A stretch of 64,000 bases of DNA from Paraspadella gotoi. Taxonomy: Eukaryota; Animalia; Chaetognatha. The position numbers and the translations under genes were made by a program. The DNA is taken from positions 2,160,793 through 2,224,792 of the forward strand of contig CM119267.1 in the NCBI GenBank assembly GCA_051294375.1, written 5' to 3'. Numbering within the stretch: the stretch's first letter is position 1; every line of letters starts with the position of its first letter. Under the pieces are notes generated by a model, which was not told the origin of the DNA, did not search any database, and worked only from the letters and a program-made list of their open reading frames with translations. This document shows, piece after piece, positions 38,103 through 51,600 of the stretch.

Positions 38103-38150
38103 AAATGCTGATGAAGACTCGAACCCAAAGAGTCGAAACATGTCCGTCTA
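38103..38150 (+). ncRNA. Minimal type I hammerhead ribozyme core, copy 2 (GUC triplet; predicted cleavage after 38144)
   Basis: CTGATGA(38108-14)-A-GACTC-gaacccaaa-GAGTC-GAAA-CATG-TC, with a palindromic ACATGT stem III and a weak stem I (AAATG/CGTCT). Confidence 0.7.
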
Positions 38151-39034
38151 TTAAAATAAATCGTTGTAACAAAAACAAAAACACTTTGTTTTCTCTAAAC
38201 AATTTAGTTAAAAACTCGCGACGTTTTAGTTTAGTCCAAAGACAACTTTTGTACATTTAAAATAACGAAATTGAAATTTAGGTTTTTCTTTAAGAAATAT
38301 ATATCGAACGTTGTTTTATTATTTTTTTTGCTTGTATGAATTAGAAAAAAACTATGCTGAAATTAAAGTTACTCTGCCAAACTGAATTTTTTTTATGGAA
38401 TTGTAGAGCTGCATTCATTTCAAAAATAAAAGGACGTCTGGCGTCTGAGCGAGCCTAATTCTCTCTCTTCTCTCTCTCTCTCTCTTCTCTGCCTCTCTCT
38501 CTCTCTCTCTCTCTCTTCTTCTCTCTTCTTCGTCTCTCTTTTCGATCACGAGGCTCAAAGCGCAAAATTGAAAAGGCGCTGAAATGGAGTTGAAATAAAA
38601 TAAAAGAGAGAATTTTTTTTTGTTTCTTTCCTCCGCTCTCTTTTTTTTTAACTCCCTCTCTGTCTTGTCTTCACCTATGCTCTCTTTCTCCTTTACTCGT
38701 TCTCTCCCTCTCTCTCTCTATTATGCTTTTCCTTTCTCTTTTTTTTCGTCCCTCTTCTCTTTTCTTTTTCCTCTCCCTTCCTCCCTCCCTCCCTGTCACT
38801 CTCTCCCCCTATTTTTCTTTCCTCTCCCTCTCTCTCCCCCTCTCTCTCTCTTTCCCCTCTCCCTCTCTCTCTCTCTCTCTCTCTCATAATCGTCGAGATG
38901 TTTTCTTCAAAGTCTTAAATACGAGTCGCTTTCCACGGAACAGGAATCCATTCACACATTTTCACCCTCGTTTTTTCTCACGAGATCTTAACTGGCCGGT
39001 TTCGCATTCAGAGATTGCGAAAATCTCCTCGGAT

Positions 39035-39860
39035 CATGGAATATCATCATGATATCATCTTGAATATCATCTTGAATATCATCTTGAATATTATCTTGAA
39101 TCTCATCTTGAATCTCTCATCTTGAATATCATCTATGAATATCATTATTGAATAATAATTGAAACTCATCTTTGAATTTCATCTTGAATATCATCTTGAA
39201 TATCATCTTGATAATGCATCTTAATTCTCATCTTGAATAATCATCATGAATATCATCTTAAATAAATCATCTTGAATATCATCTTGAATATCATCTTTAA
39301 TATCATTTTGTAATATCATCTGGAATATTATTTTGAATCTCACCTTGAATCTCATCTTTGAATCTCATCTTGGAATCTCATCTTGAATATCATCATGAAT
39401 ATCATTTTGAATATGATCTTGAATCTCATCTTGAATCACATTTTAAATACATCTTGAATATCATTTTGAATATCATCTTTGAATATCATGTTTGAATCCA
39501 TCTTGAATCTCATCTTGAATTTATCTTGAATATATCTTGAATCTCATCTTGAATCTCATCTGAATCACATTTTAAATATCATCTTGAATTCATTTGAATA
39601 TCATCTTGAATATATTTTGAATCTCATCTTGATATCTTCTTGAATTTCTTTGAACTATTATCTTGAATACTCATCTTGAATCTCATCTTAAATATCTTAA
39701 ATATCATCTTGCATATCTTCTTGAATCTCATTTGAATATCATCTTGAATCTCATCTTAAATATCATTTTGAATTATCATCTTGAATCTAATCTTGAAATC
39801 TCATCTCCAGTCTCATCTTAAATATATTTTGAATATCATTTGAATCTCATCTTGAATCTC
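39035..39860. repeat. 12-bp satellite TGAATMTCATCT (copies at 45755-46572 and ~58190-58980)
   Basis: Directly visible; source of the ILNI, FKMI and HLEY ORFs. Confidence 0.95.
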
Positions 39861-40158
39861 ATATCGTCCTTTTTTTCGGTCAACTATATCTTTTTTTTAA
39901 TTCGTATCTTTTCATCTTTTCTCTTTTAGGCTTAAATCTTAATTGCTACACATTCGCAAGTTTCATTGACATAAAAAAAAGATTCTTCTTTTTTTTGGTT
40001 TATTTTCCGTAATTAATATTTCTTTTTGAGCAAAAAAAAAAAAAATCTTTTCCCGCTTTGAATGAAATCGAGATCCGAGTTTATGAGGCCCTAAAAATTT
40101 ACATGAAATAAATCTGGATGAAGGAAATAAATGCCGTCTTCTTTTGAGTGAAGAGAGA

Positions 40159-40206
<48 letters not shown>

Positions 40207-40341
40207 AAGAGAGAGAGAGAAGACAAAACAGCTCAGGATGATGCTATAGATTTATGATCGCCTTTGGGGCCGCTTTTTTTCGAAAAATCGGTGATAAACG
40301 TATACTACTGCAATTCATAATCTTGTGACGTCGACAAAAAG

Positions 40342-40394
<53 letters not shown>

Positions 40395-41269
40395 AGACGA
40401 ATTTGTTTTCATCGTTGAATCTTTATTTGTTTGTAACGTCATTAGCTTCCATCTCAGCCCCATCATTCGTAATAGAGAGAGAGAAAGAGAGAGAGAGAGA
40501 AAGAGAGAGAGAGAGTGAGAGAGAGGTATTTAAAAAGAGCGGTCTTCAATCAGAAACAAGATTTCGTTAATTGGTTTAAAAATTTTAGAAAAAAAATTGT
40601 TGTTGTCTTCATATGTTGTCGTTGTCGTTGTCTGTTGTTGTCGCGCCGTTGTTTTTTATGAAAGCTGTAAAATAAAATCTGGGCCGTTAATGTAGAAATA
40701 AAACTGAGGCATCACAAAATACGAATCACACAATCACTGTGAAATAAAACGTTTCATGCGGTGGCGTCTCTTAACATTTTAGATTTAATTAAATACAAAT
40801 CTGACTAAATCTTTATAATAAAAAAAAAACAAACACAAACGATCCGCAAAGTTAAATGTCATTTTAAAGTGAATTACAAAACATTGTTTTTCGTTAACCT
40901 ACACATCCATAAATTACTAATAGGCAGTTATATAATTACAAAGACACTCTAAATATTATTAACAGGCGGATAGCCGGTGACTTCGTTGCAATGACAATAA
41001 TATTGTTTATTAAATAAAAATATTTACTTTTTATTATTAAAATTACTCTGATAAAGGTTTGGGAGCTCATATGACTCAAATGACTTTTATCGTCTCCGTT
41101 TTTCCTTGTTTTATACTCTGCTTCTGTTGTCTCATATGTCCTTAAGGTCTGAAGTCAATACCCTACAGGGCCTCCACTATCCTGACTCTGTCACTAAAAC
41201 TTTTATTTTTAACCTAGAAAGTGGTTTTTCCCGAGTAATATAAAATATTTTACTTTGCCCAGAGAGAGA

Positions 41270-41342
<73 letters not shown>

Positions 41343-41493
41343 GAGGGCCGGGATTAATTTTTGAAACGCCGACGAAATTACGGCACAACTTTTTTTTTCT
41401 TTTTTCCTTTTTTCTCCGTTTTATTTTTTCTTCTCGCTTTTTATTTCCTCCCATTTATTTTCCTTTCCCCGCCGAACTGTTCCAATTTCTAGG

Positions 41494-41577
<84 letters not shown>

Positions 41578-41898
41578 CGGCGTTCGAAACCACCCGCTAT
41601 AAACCTTTTTTTTTACTCATTATTTTCAAAATTGCTTTTTCTACCCCTCTATTTATTTTTATGTTCTTTCTTTCTCATCCCATCGATGGTGAATATTTCT
41701 CCTCTTTCCTTTCCTACTTTTCCTCCTTTTTTCTCCTCCTCCTCTCCTCCCTCCTCCCGAGACAGATGCTTCAGAACAGGTCAAGGATAAATTTAATTCC
41801 TCACACCTTGTTTGAATAATCCCCCATCTATTTGAAGACTAATGGAAAAATGAATGAAGAATTAAGGAAGTAGCTCTTTTGTCTCTCTCTTTCTTCTC

Positions 41899-41931
<33 letters not shown>

Positions 41932-42684
41932 TCTCCCCCTCTCTCTCTCTCTCCTCTGGCGTGAGGGCAGAATACAAATCGCCACCAGCTCAACCGGAGT
42001 AACGGAAATTTTAAAGATTACAAATTTCTGTATTTAGCGTCACTGCATAGAAGCAAAGGCTTTTTCCGTATGAAAGAAGAGAGAAATAACCAAAAGTTAC
42101 AATTCAACGTGAAAGCTAATATTAATTAAATATACAATCCAATTTTTTTTTTAGATTTCATTTGTGTTTTTTTTTTCTGTAATGAAATAAATCTATTATA
42201 CATTATTTCTTTTTTTGTTCGCCATTCGTAACTAAGACTTTAGAAATAGATATTTTATAAAAAAATTATTATAGGAAAATATATAATGAGAAAAAGTAAT
42301 AAATCCTAGGAGTCTTTTTAATGAATAATAAAAAAAACCAGTTATAAAAAATAAGGAAAGTTTCTCTCTTTCTCTCTCAGTCAGGATCAAAACAGCGAAG
42401 TCGAAAACTTCCATTGAAATAAATGTTTTTCTGGCTTGTGTTCTTTTTTTATTTCCCGTCAGAAACAGTAAATTTGTCAGAAACAAACAGAAGCGATCGC
42501 TTTGTGTGAGAGAGAGAGAAGAGAGAGAGGAGAGAGAGAGAGACTGAGAAAAAAGTCAATAAAAAAGCATTTAAAGTGAATTAAATTTTTGTTTTCCATA
42601 ATCTATTTCTTACAAAACGAATTAAAAAAAACGATAAGAAAAACAAACGAACTTTGGAACCGATTTAGTTAGAGAATGAATCTC

Positions 42685-42790
42685 TTTGCAGCACCCCTTC
42701 AAAGCACCCCTTTACAGCACCCCTGATACAACAATCCCTTTGCAGCATCCTGATACAACAATCCCTTTGCAGCAACCCTGATGCAACACC
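42685..42790. repeat. ~27-bp tandem repeat GCAGCAYCCTGATACAACAATCCCTTT, about 3-4 copies
   Basis: Directly visible, immediately 3' of the minus-strand exon stop. Confidence 0.7.
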
Positions 42791-42801
42791 CCGCCCGGCC
42801 G

Positions 42802-42943
42802 TCAAGGCGCCTCCAAGGCCAACATCCTGAGGAGGCTCTCGATGTCGACTTGAACTCCATTGCTGCACTGAAGGATGATCTCCTCCATGAGCCCGTCCTC
42901 CAGTTGGTAGTTGTAGACGAGGTTGTAAGACTTGACGAGTTTC
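42802..42943 (-). CDS. Candidate terminal exon of an unknown protein
   Basis: After a ttttttcag acceptor it reads G-KLVKSYNLVYNYQLEDGLMEEIILQCSNGVQVDIESLLRMLALEAP-TGA, with strongly G/C-ending codons in AT-rich surroundings. The duplicate at ~49515-49655 has a 1-nt deletion. Confidence 0.45.
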
Positions 42944-42954
42944 CTGAAAAAAAT

Positions 42955-43135
42955 TGTTTAAAAATTTAATTTTGGTAAAAAGTCTCTCATATGCAAATGA
43001 AAAAATGAACAAATTTTAAAATTTAATTTGGGAAAAGTCTCTCAATATGCAATATGAACAAAATGAACAATATGCAAATGAACAAAATTGTTAAAAATTT
43101 AATTTTGGTAAAAACGTCTCTCAATATGCAAATGA
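42955..43135. repeat. ~57-bp intronic tandem repeat AAAATTTAATTTTGGTAAAAAGTCTCTCAATATGCAAATGAA..., 3 copies
   Basis: Directly visible. Confidence 0.75.
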
Positions 43136-43825
43136 TTTTTTTTTTTAAATACTTTTCGTCTTTATGGGCTTCCGGTAAAGAATGACAATTTTAAAATTTT
43201 TTACCTTTTTTTTTAATTTGTTGAGGAAATCACGATATTTGAAAAGATTCTTGTCGTCTTATTACTAACTTCCTGTAATAATTGACGAATCTATTTAGCC
43301 TAATATATTAAAAGAGTAGGTTGAGTATTCATTATGATATATTAAATAACGTGAAACAACGAAAAATAAACGGGAGCGAGTTTATTAAATTTGTTAAGCC
43401 GGCCAAAATCACGACTGAAAGAAATTACAAGCGATTTCCGAGAACCAAAAGCGTTTTGTTTATCAATCAGCGAAGGCCAATACTTTTGTAATAAGAACGA
43501 GGCCGAATAACGAAAAACAACAACTCTTAATATTCTGACATTCCAGTCCTCCTAAAATATAATTAATCAATTAAGTAGATTTATTAATTATTCAAAGTGT
43601 TAAAAGTTGAGGGCCGATCAAACAAAAGTAATCAATAACAGAATTCAAGTACATAATACATGTACACAGTAACACGATAAGCAATAGCAATAGCGATCTG
43701 CAAAATAGGCCGAGCATCTTCAAAATAAAACAATAAGTGGTATCAATGACGCAATAGTTAGAAATCGAATAAAGGAATTTTGTTTACACATCTCCTAAAC
43801 ACCTCGACCTAGCGGGCTCTGAATT

Positions 43826-43852
43826 CCAATCGGTCATTGGCTAACTATAAAG
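43826..43852 (+). promoter_or_regulatory. Possible core promoter: inverted CCAAT pair followed by TATAAA
   Basis: CCAATcggtcATTGGctaacTATAAA lies ~80 bp upstream of CAAAATG|GTAAAC (ATG at 43932). Confidence 0.3.
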
Positions 43853-44028
43853 CGAAACGAAAGGAATATTCGTTTCATCGAACTTCAACCAAATCGAATA
43901 AAGATATCTCCGCAAAACTTCGAAACTCAAAATGGTAAACAAAGAATTAAATTTTATTTTCTCGCTTTCGAACAGACGAAATTAGATATAACTACTAGAA
44001 TTTTCATATTTTCTCTAAACTTTAAAGG

Positions 44029-45158
44029 AAAATAAAACAACAAATGATTTCATTTATCATCTTTGCCACTATCCGCTGCTTCGATCGCCACAGAACCGCT
44101 GGACTCAGCGGGGAAGCTGAAGCGCTGGTGCAGTCATCCGCAATTCTCGAATTCGGACCTGTCAGCGTGAGGCGAACCTCAATGGGGCGGCGGTCTTTTT
44201 TAACCGCTTCGACCGCTTCTCCGAATTTCGGGTCTCGAGTCGGCGGAGGGCGGTCTTAAGGTCCCACGCCTTGGGATTCGTAGAGAAATTCTTTTTGTTC
44301 TATTGGGAGCGCTGTAGCGTATACTTTTCAGTTGTTTTTGGTTTTACGTTTCCGGTGAAGATGGTTCTGGGTGGAAGCCTTCACCCTGGCGTTGGCGTCA
44401 TGCCGTGGTCAAACGCCAGGTGTGTTTGGAACATACACCGGGGCTCGAGCCTGGAGACGATATCGAGATGCGCCCGTACAAAGTTAGTTATGTTTTAAAA
44501 AATTTTTTTTATAACGTTTCTCTACCTAAGCTTAAAGCGTGGTTTTAATGTAAATATTTAATATCTGTTTTTATATTAGTTTTTTATAATTGATTTTATA
44601 TTTTATTTTTAGGCACCCGCCCATTTAGAATTGCTCACCAAACTGGGTGGAACACTGGTCATTCGCTGTTTGATCGAAGTGAATCGCATGGCAGTCTGGG
44701 AACGTGTCAAACCCGATCACGATGGTCCTTCATGGTCACGGTCCTCTTATCGCGTTCACTATGATCGGCTCGCATCTAACTGGCCGATCCGATGGTAGTT
44801 CTCAAGTTCAACATTGTGGTGAGTAGACGAATTGATTAATTTGAATGAGTCAAAATCTCACAAAGTATAAAACATTGGTTAATGTTGTTTATATAATAAG
44901 AGAATAGTATAAGGTTGATTATATATTGTTTATTATCAAATTTCAGTTGAGACGGCAAATTCATCTTTGCGTTCAATATGTTGCTACTTTGGGACAGAGG
45001 CGTCTTCCTCCGTAATCAAACTCAAGCCATGCGCTCATGCCGAAGGCACGAAAATGGGATTCGGTCATCGAAATTCCGTAAAGGAAACAATGGTTAAACA
45101 AAAGGCAATCGAACATGGATTGGAATTTGAATTCCATCGGATTTTTATTGTAAATTAA
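44029..45158 (+). CDS. Candidate spliced gene or pseudogene of unknown function (three GC-rich exon blocks)
   Basis: Exon-like blocks ~44029-44482, 44613-44818 and 44947-45158 are separated by AT-rich GT..AG introns (GTTAGT...ttttttag; GTGAGT...tttcag). No single uninterrupted frame was found. Confidence 0.35.
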
Positions 45159-45335
45159 ATCTCGAAAGGTTCTATTGTTTATTAGTTTTGATAACATGAA
45201 TTTATTTAAAATCTGTATACATATACATATACACACCCTCTAAAAAAATTTCAATAAAATGATCATTTAGCAAGAAATGAAATTTTCTTATCGCACCCAA
45301 AAACCGAAATNNNNNNNNNNNNNNNNNNNNNNNNN

Positions 45336-45576
45336 AGAATTTTTTTTGTTTCTTTCCTCCGCTCTCTTTTTTTTAACTCCCTCTCTGTCTTGTTCTTCAC
45401 CATGCTTCTCTCTTTACTCGTTCTCCCCTCTCTCTCTCTATTATGCTTTCCTTTCTCTTTTTTTTCGTCCCTCTTTCTCTTTTCTTTTTCCTCTCCCTTC
45501 CTCCCTCCCTCCCTGTCACTCTTCCTCCCTATTTTTCTTTCCTCTCCCTCTCTCTCTCCCCCCCTCTCTCTCTCTT

Positions 45577-45607
<31 letters not shown>

Positions 45608-46870
45608 CACTAATCGTCGAGATGTTTTCTTCAAAGTCTTAAATACGAGTCGCTTTTCACGCAACAGAATCCATTCACACATTTTCACCCTCGTTTTTTC
45701 TCACGAGATCTTAACTGGCGGTTTCGCATTCAGAGATTGCGAAATCTCCTCGGATCATGAATATCATCATGAATATCATCTTGAATATCATCTTGAATAT
45801 CATCTTGAATATTATCTTGAATCTCATCTTGAATCTCATCTTGAATATCATCATGAATATCATTTTGAATATAATCTTGAAACTCATCTTGAATTTCATC
45901 TTGAATATCATCTTGAATATCATCTTGAATATCATCTTTAATCTCATCTTGAATATCATCATGAATATCATCTTAAATATCATCTTGAATATCATCTTGA
46001 ATATCATCTTTAATATCATCTTGAATATCATCTGGAATATTATTTTGAATCTCACCTTGAATCTCATCTTTGAATCTCATCTTGGAATCTCATCTTGAAT
46101 ATCATCATGAATATCATTTTGAATATGATCTTGAATCTCATCTTGAATCACATTTTAAATACATCTTGAATATCATTTTGAATATCATCTTTGAATATCA
46201 TGTTTGAATCCATCTTGAATCTCATCTTGAATTTATCTTGAATATATCTTGAATCTCATCTTGAATCTCATCTGAATCACATTTTAAATATCATCTTGAA
46301 TTCATTTGAATATCATCTTGAATATATTTTGAATCTCATCTTGATATCTTCTTGAATTTCTTTGAACTATTATCTTGAATACTCATCTTGAATCTCATCT
46401 TAAATATCTTAAATATCATCTTGCATATCTTCTTGAATCTCATTTGAATATCATCTTGAATCTCATCTTAAATATCATTTTGAATTATCATCTTGAATCT
46501 AATCTTGAAATCTCATCTCCAGTCTCATCTTAAATATATTTTGAATATCATTTGAATCTCATCTTGAATCTCATATCGTCCTTTTTTTCGGTCAACTATA
46601 TCTTTTTTTTAATTCGTATCTTTTCATCTTTTCTCTTTTAGGCTTAAATCTTAATTGCTACACATTCGCAAGTTTCATTGACATAAAAAAAAGATTCTTC
46701 TTTTTTTTGGTTTATTTTCCGTAATTAATATTTCTTTTTGAGCAAAAAAAAAAAAAATCTTTTCCCGCTTTGAATGAAATCGAGATCCGAGTTTATGAGG
46801 CCCTAAAAATTTACATGAAATAAATCTGGATGAAGGAAATAAATGCCGTCTTCTTTTGAGTGAAGAGAGA

Positions 46871-46918
<48 letters not shown>

Positions 46919-47053
46919 AAGAGAGAGAGAGAAGACAAAACAGCTCAGGATGATGCTATAGATTTATGATCGCCTTTGGGGCCGCTTTTTTTCGAAAAAT
47001 CGGTGATAAACGTATACTACTGCAATTCATAATCTTGTGACGTCGACAAAAAG

Positions 47054-47106
<53 letters not shown>

Positions 47107-47982
47107 AGACGAATTTGTTTTCATCGTTGAATCTTTATTTGTTTGTAACGTCATTAGCTTCCATCTCAGCCCCATCATTCGTAATAGAGAGAGAGAAAGA
47201 GAGAGAGAGAGAAAGAGAGAGAGAGAGTGAGAGAGAGGTATTTAAAAAGAGCGGTCTTCAATCAGAAACAAGATTTCGTTAATTGGTTTAAAAATTTTAG
47301 AAAAAAAATTGTTGTTGTCTTCATATGTTGTCGTTGTCGTTGTCTGTTGTTGTCGCGCCGTTGTTTTTTATGAAAGCTGTAAAATAAAATCTGGGCCGTT
47401 AATGTAGAAATAAAACTGAGGCATCACAAAATACGAATCACACAATCACTGTGAAATAAAACGTTTCATGCGGTGGCGTCTCTTAACATTTTAGATTTAA
47501 TTAAATACAAATCTGACTAAATCTTTATAATAAAAAAAAAACAAACACAAACGATCCGCAAAGTTAAATGTCATTTTAAAGTGAATTACAAAACATTGTT
47601 TTTCGTTAACCTACACATCCATAAATTACTAATAGGCAGTTATATAATTACAAAGACACTCTAAATATTATTAACAGGCGGATAGCCGGTGACTTCGTTG
47701 CAATGACAATAATATTGTTTATTAAATAAAAATATTTACTTTTTATTATTAAAATTACTCTGATAAAGGTTTGGGAGCTCATATGACTCAAATGACTTTT
47801 ATCGTCTCCGTTTTTCCTTGTTTTATACTCTGCTTCTGTTGTCTCATATGTCCTTAAGGTCTGAAGTCAATACCCTACAGGGCCTCCACTAATCCTGACT
47901 CTGTCACTAAAACTTTTATTTTTAACCTAGAAAGTGGTTTTTCCCGAGTAATATAAAATATTTTACTTTGCCCAGAGAGAGA

Positions 47983-48055
<73 letters not shown>

Positions 48056-48206
48056 GAGGGCCGGGATTAATTTTTGAAACGCCGACGAAATTACGGCACA
48101 ACTTTTTTTTTCTTTTTTCCTTTTTTCTCCGTTTTATTTTTTCTTCTCGCTTTTTATTTCCTCCCATTTATTTTCCTTTCCCCGCCGAACTGTTCCAATT
48201 TCTAGG

Positions 48207-48288
<82 letters not shown>

Positions 48289-48610
48289 CGGCGTTCGAAA
48301 CCACCCGCTATAAACCTTTTTTTTTACTCATTTATTTTCAAAATTGCTTTTTCTCCCCTCTATTTATTTTTATGTTCTTTCTTTCTCATCCCATCGATGG
48401 TGAATATTTCTCCTCTTTCCTTTCCTACTTTTCCTCCTTTTTTCTCCTCCTCCTCTCCTCCCTCCTCCCGAGACAGATGCTTCAGAACAGGTGCAAGGAT
48501 AAATTTAATTCCTCACACCTTGTTTGAATAATCCCCCATCTGATTTGAAGACTAATGGAAAAATGAATGAAGAATTAAGGAGTAGCTCTTTTGTCTCTCT
48601 CTTTCGTCTC

Positions 48611-48643
<33 letters not shown>

Positions 48644-51600
48644 TCTCCCCCTCTCTCTCTCTCTCCTCTGGCGTGAGGGCAGAATACAAATCGCCACCAG
48701 CTCAACCGGAGTAACGGAAATTTTAAAGATTACAAATTTCTGTATTTAGCGTCACTGCATAGAAGTCAAAGGCTTTTTCCGTATGAAAGAAGAGAGAAAT
48801 AACCAAAAGTTACAATTCAACGTGAAAGCTAATATTAATTAAATATACAATCCAATTTTTTTTTTAGATTTCATTTGTGTTTTTTTTTTCTGTAATGAAA
48901 TAAATCTATTATACATTATTTCTTTTTTTGTTCGCCATTCGTAACTAAGACTTTAAAATAGATATTTTATAAAAAAATTATTATAGGAAAATATATAATG
49001 AGAAAAAGTAATAAATCCTAGGAGTCTTTTTAATGAATAATAAAAAAAACCAGTTATAAAAAATAAGGAAAGTTTCTCTCTTTCTCTCTCAGTCAGGATC
49101 AAAACAGCGAAGTCGAAAACTTCCATTGAAATAAATGTTTTTCTGGCTTGTGTTCTTTTTTTATTTCCCGTCAGAAACAGTAAATTTGTCAGAAACAAAC
49201 AGAAGCGATCGCTTTGTCTGAGAGAGAGAGAAGAGAGAGAGGAGAGAGAGAGAGACTGAGAAAAAAGTCAATAAAAAAGCATTTAAAGTGAATTAAATTT
49301 TTGTTTTCCATAATCTATTTCTTACAAAACGAATTAAAAAAAATCGATAAGAAAAACAAACGAACTTTGGAACCGATTTAGTTAGAGAATGAATCTCTTT
49401 GCAGCACCCCTTCAAAGCACCCCTTTACAGCACCCCTGATACAACAATCCCTTTGCAGCATCCTGATACAACAATCCCTTTGCAGCAACCCTGATGCAAC
49501 ACCCCGCCCGGCCGTCAAGGCGCCTCCAAGGCCAACATCCTGAGGAGGCTCTCGATGTCGACTTGAACTCCATTGCTGCACTGAAGGATGATCTCCTCCA
49601 TGAGCCCGTCCTCCAGTTGGAGTTGTAGACGAGGTTGTAAGACTTGACGAGTTTCCTGAAAAAAATTGTTTAAAAATTTAATTTTGGTAAAAAGTCTCTC
49701 ATATGCAAATGAAAAAATGAACAAATTTTAAAATTTAATTTGGGAAAAGTCTCTCAATATGCAATATGAACAAAATGAACAATATGCAAATGAACAAAAT
49801 TGTTAAAAATTTAATTTTGGTAAAAAAGTCTCTCAATATGCAAATGATTTTTTTTTTTAAATACTTTTCGTCTTTATGGGCTTCCGGTAAAGAATGACAA
49901 TTTTAAAATTTTTTACCTTTTTTTTTAATTTGTTGAGGAAATCACGATATTTGAAAAGATTCTTGTCGTCTTATTACTAACTTCCTGTAATAATTGACGA
50001 ATCTATTTAGCCTAATATATTAAAAGAGTAGGTTGAGTATTCATTATGATATATTAAATAACGTGAAACAACGAAAAATAAACGGGAGCGAGTTTATTAA
50101 ATTTGTTAAGCCGGCCAAAATCACGACTGAAAGAAATTACAAGCGATTTCCGAGAACCAAAAGCGTTTTGTTTATCAATCAGCGAAGGCCAATACTTTTG
50201 TAATAAGAACGAGGCCGAATAACGAAAAACAACAACTCTTAATATTCTGACATTCCAGTCCTCCTAAAATATAATTAATCAATTAAGTAGATTTATTAAT
50301 TATTCAAAGTGTTAAAAGTTGAGGGCCGATCAAACAAAAGTAATCAATAACAGAATTCAAGTACATAATACATGTACACAGTAACACGATAAGCAATAGC
50401 AATAGCGATCTGCAAAATAGGCCGAGCATCTTCAAAATAAAACAATAAGTGGTATCAATGACGCAATAGTTAGAAATCGAATAAAGGAATTTTGTTTACA
50501 CATCTCCTAAACACCTCGACCTAGCGGGCTCTGAATTCCAATCGGTCATTGGCTAACTATAAAGCGAAACGAAAGGAATATTCGTTTCATCGAACTTCAA
50601 CCAAATCGAATAAAGATATCTCCGCAAAACTTCGAAACTCAAAATGGTAAACAAAGAATTAAATTTTATTTTCTCGCTTTCGAACAGACGAAATTAGATA
50701 TAACTACTAGAATTTTCATATTTTCTCTAAACTTTAAAGGAAAATAAAACAACAAATGATTTCATTTATCATCTTTGCCACTATCCGCTGCTTCGATCGC
50801 CACAGAACCGCTGGACTCAGCGGGGAAGCTGAAGCGCTGGTGCAGTCATCCGCAATTCTCGAATTCGGACCTGTCAGCGTGAGGCGAACCTCAATGGGGC
50901 GGCGGTCTTTTTTAACCGCTTCGACCGCTTCTCCGAATTTCGGGTCTCGAGTCGGCGGAGGGCGGTCTTAAGGTCCCACGCCTTGGGATTCGTAGAGAAA
51001 TTCTTTTTGTTCTATTGGGAGCGCTGTAGCGTATACTTTTCAGTTGTTTTTGGTTTTACGTTTCCGGTGAAGATGGTTCTGGGTGGAAGCCTTCACCCTG
51101 GCGTTGGCGTCATGCCGTGGTCAAACGCCAGGTGTGTTTGGAACATACACCGGGGCTCGAGCCTGGAGACGATATCGAGATGCGCCCGTACAAAGTTAGT
51201 TATGTTTTAAAAAATTTTTTTTATAACGTTTCTCTACCTAAGCTTAAAGCGTGGTTTTAATGTAAATATTTAATATCTGTTTTTATATTAGTTTTTTATA
51301 ATTGATTTTATATTTTATTTTTAGGCACCCGCCCATTTAGAATTGCTCACCAAACTGGGTGGAACACTGGTCATTCGCTGTTTGATCGAAGTGAATCGCA
51401 TGGCAGTCTGGGAACGTGTCAAACCCGATCACGATGGTCCTTCATGGTCACGGTCCTCTTATCGCGTTCACTATGATCGGCTCGCATCTAACTGGCCGAT
51501 CCGATGGTAGTTCTCAAGTTCAACATTGTGGTGAGTAGACGAATTGATTAATTTGAATGAGTCAAAATCTCACAAAGTATAAAACATTGGTTAATGTTGT

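Larger units (their letters stand above)
37956..38199. mobile_element. Palindromic remnant of a Penelope-like element pseudo-LTR, with 84-bp inverted arms and an internal 63-bp tandem duplication
   Basis: Arms 37956-38039 and 38116-38199 are reverse complements with one mismatch (37981/38174). The centre is the palindrome TCGAAACATGTTTCGA (38070-85). It contains hammerhead cores and a downstream AATAAA (38155-60). Confidence 0.7.

Noticed and set aside
45390-46098. Periodic ORFs (HLEY, ILNI, FKMI), plus ELDLDL/SKSNSN at 29405-29918 and the RERE/SLSL ORFs throughout
   Set aside because: These are translations of 12-bp, 6-bp and dinucleotide satellites, open in several frames on both strands.
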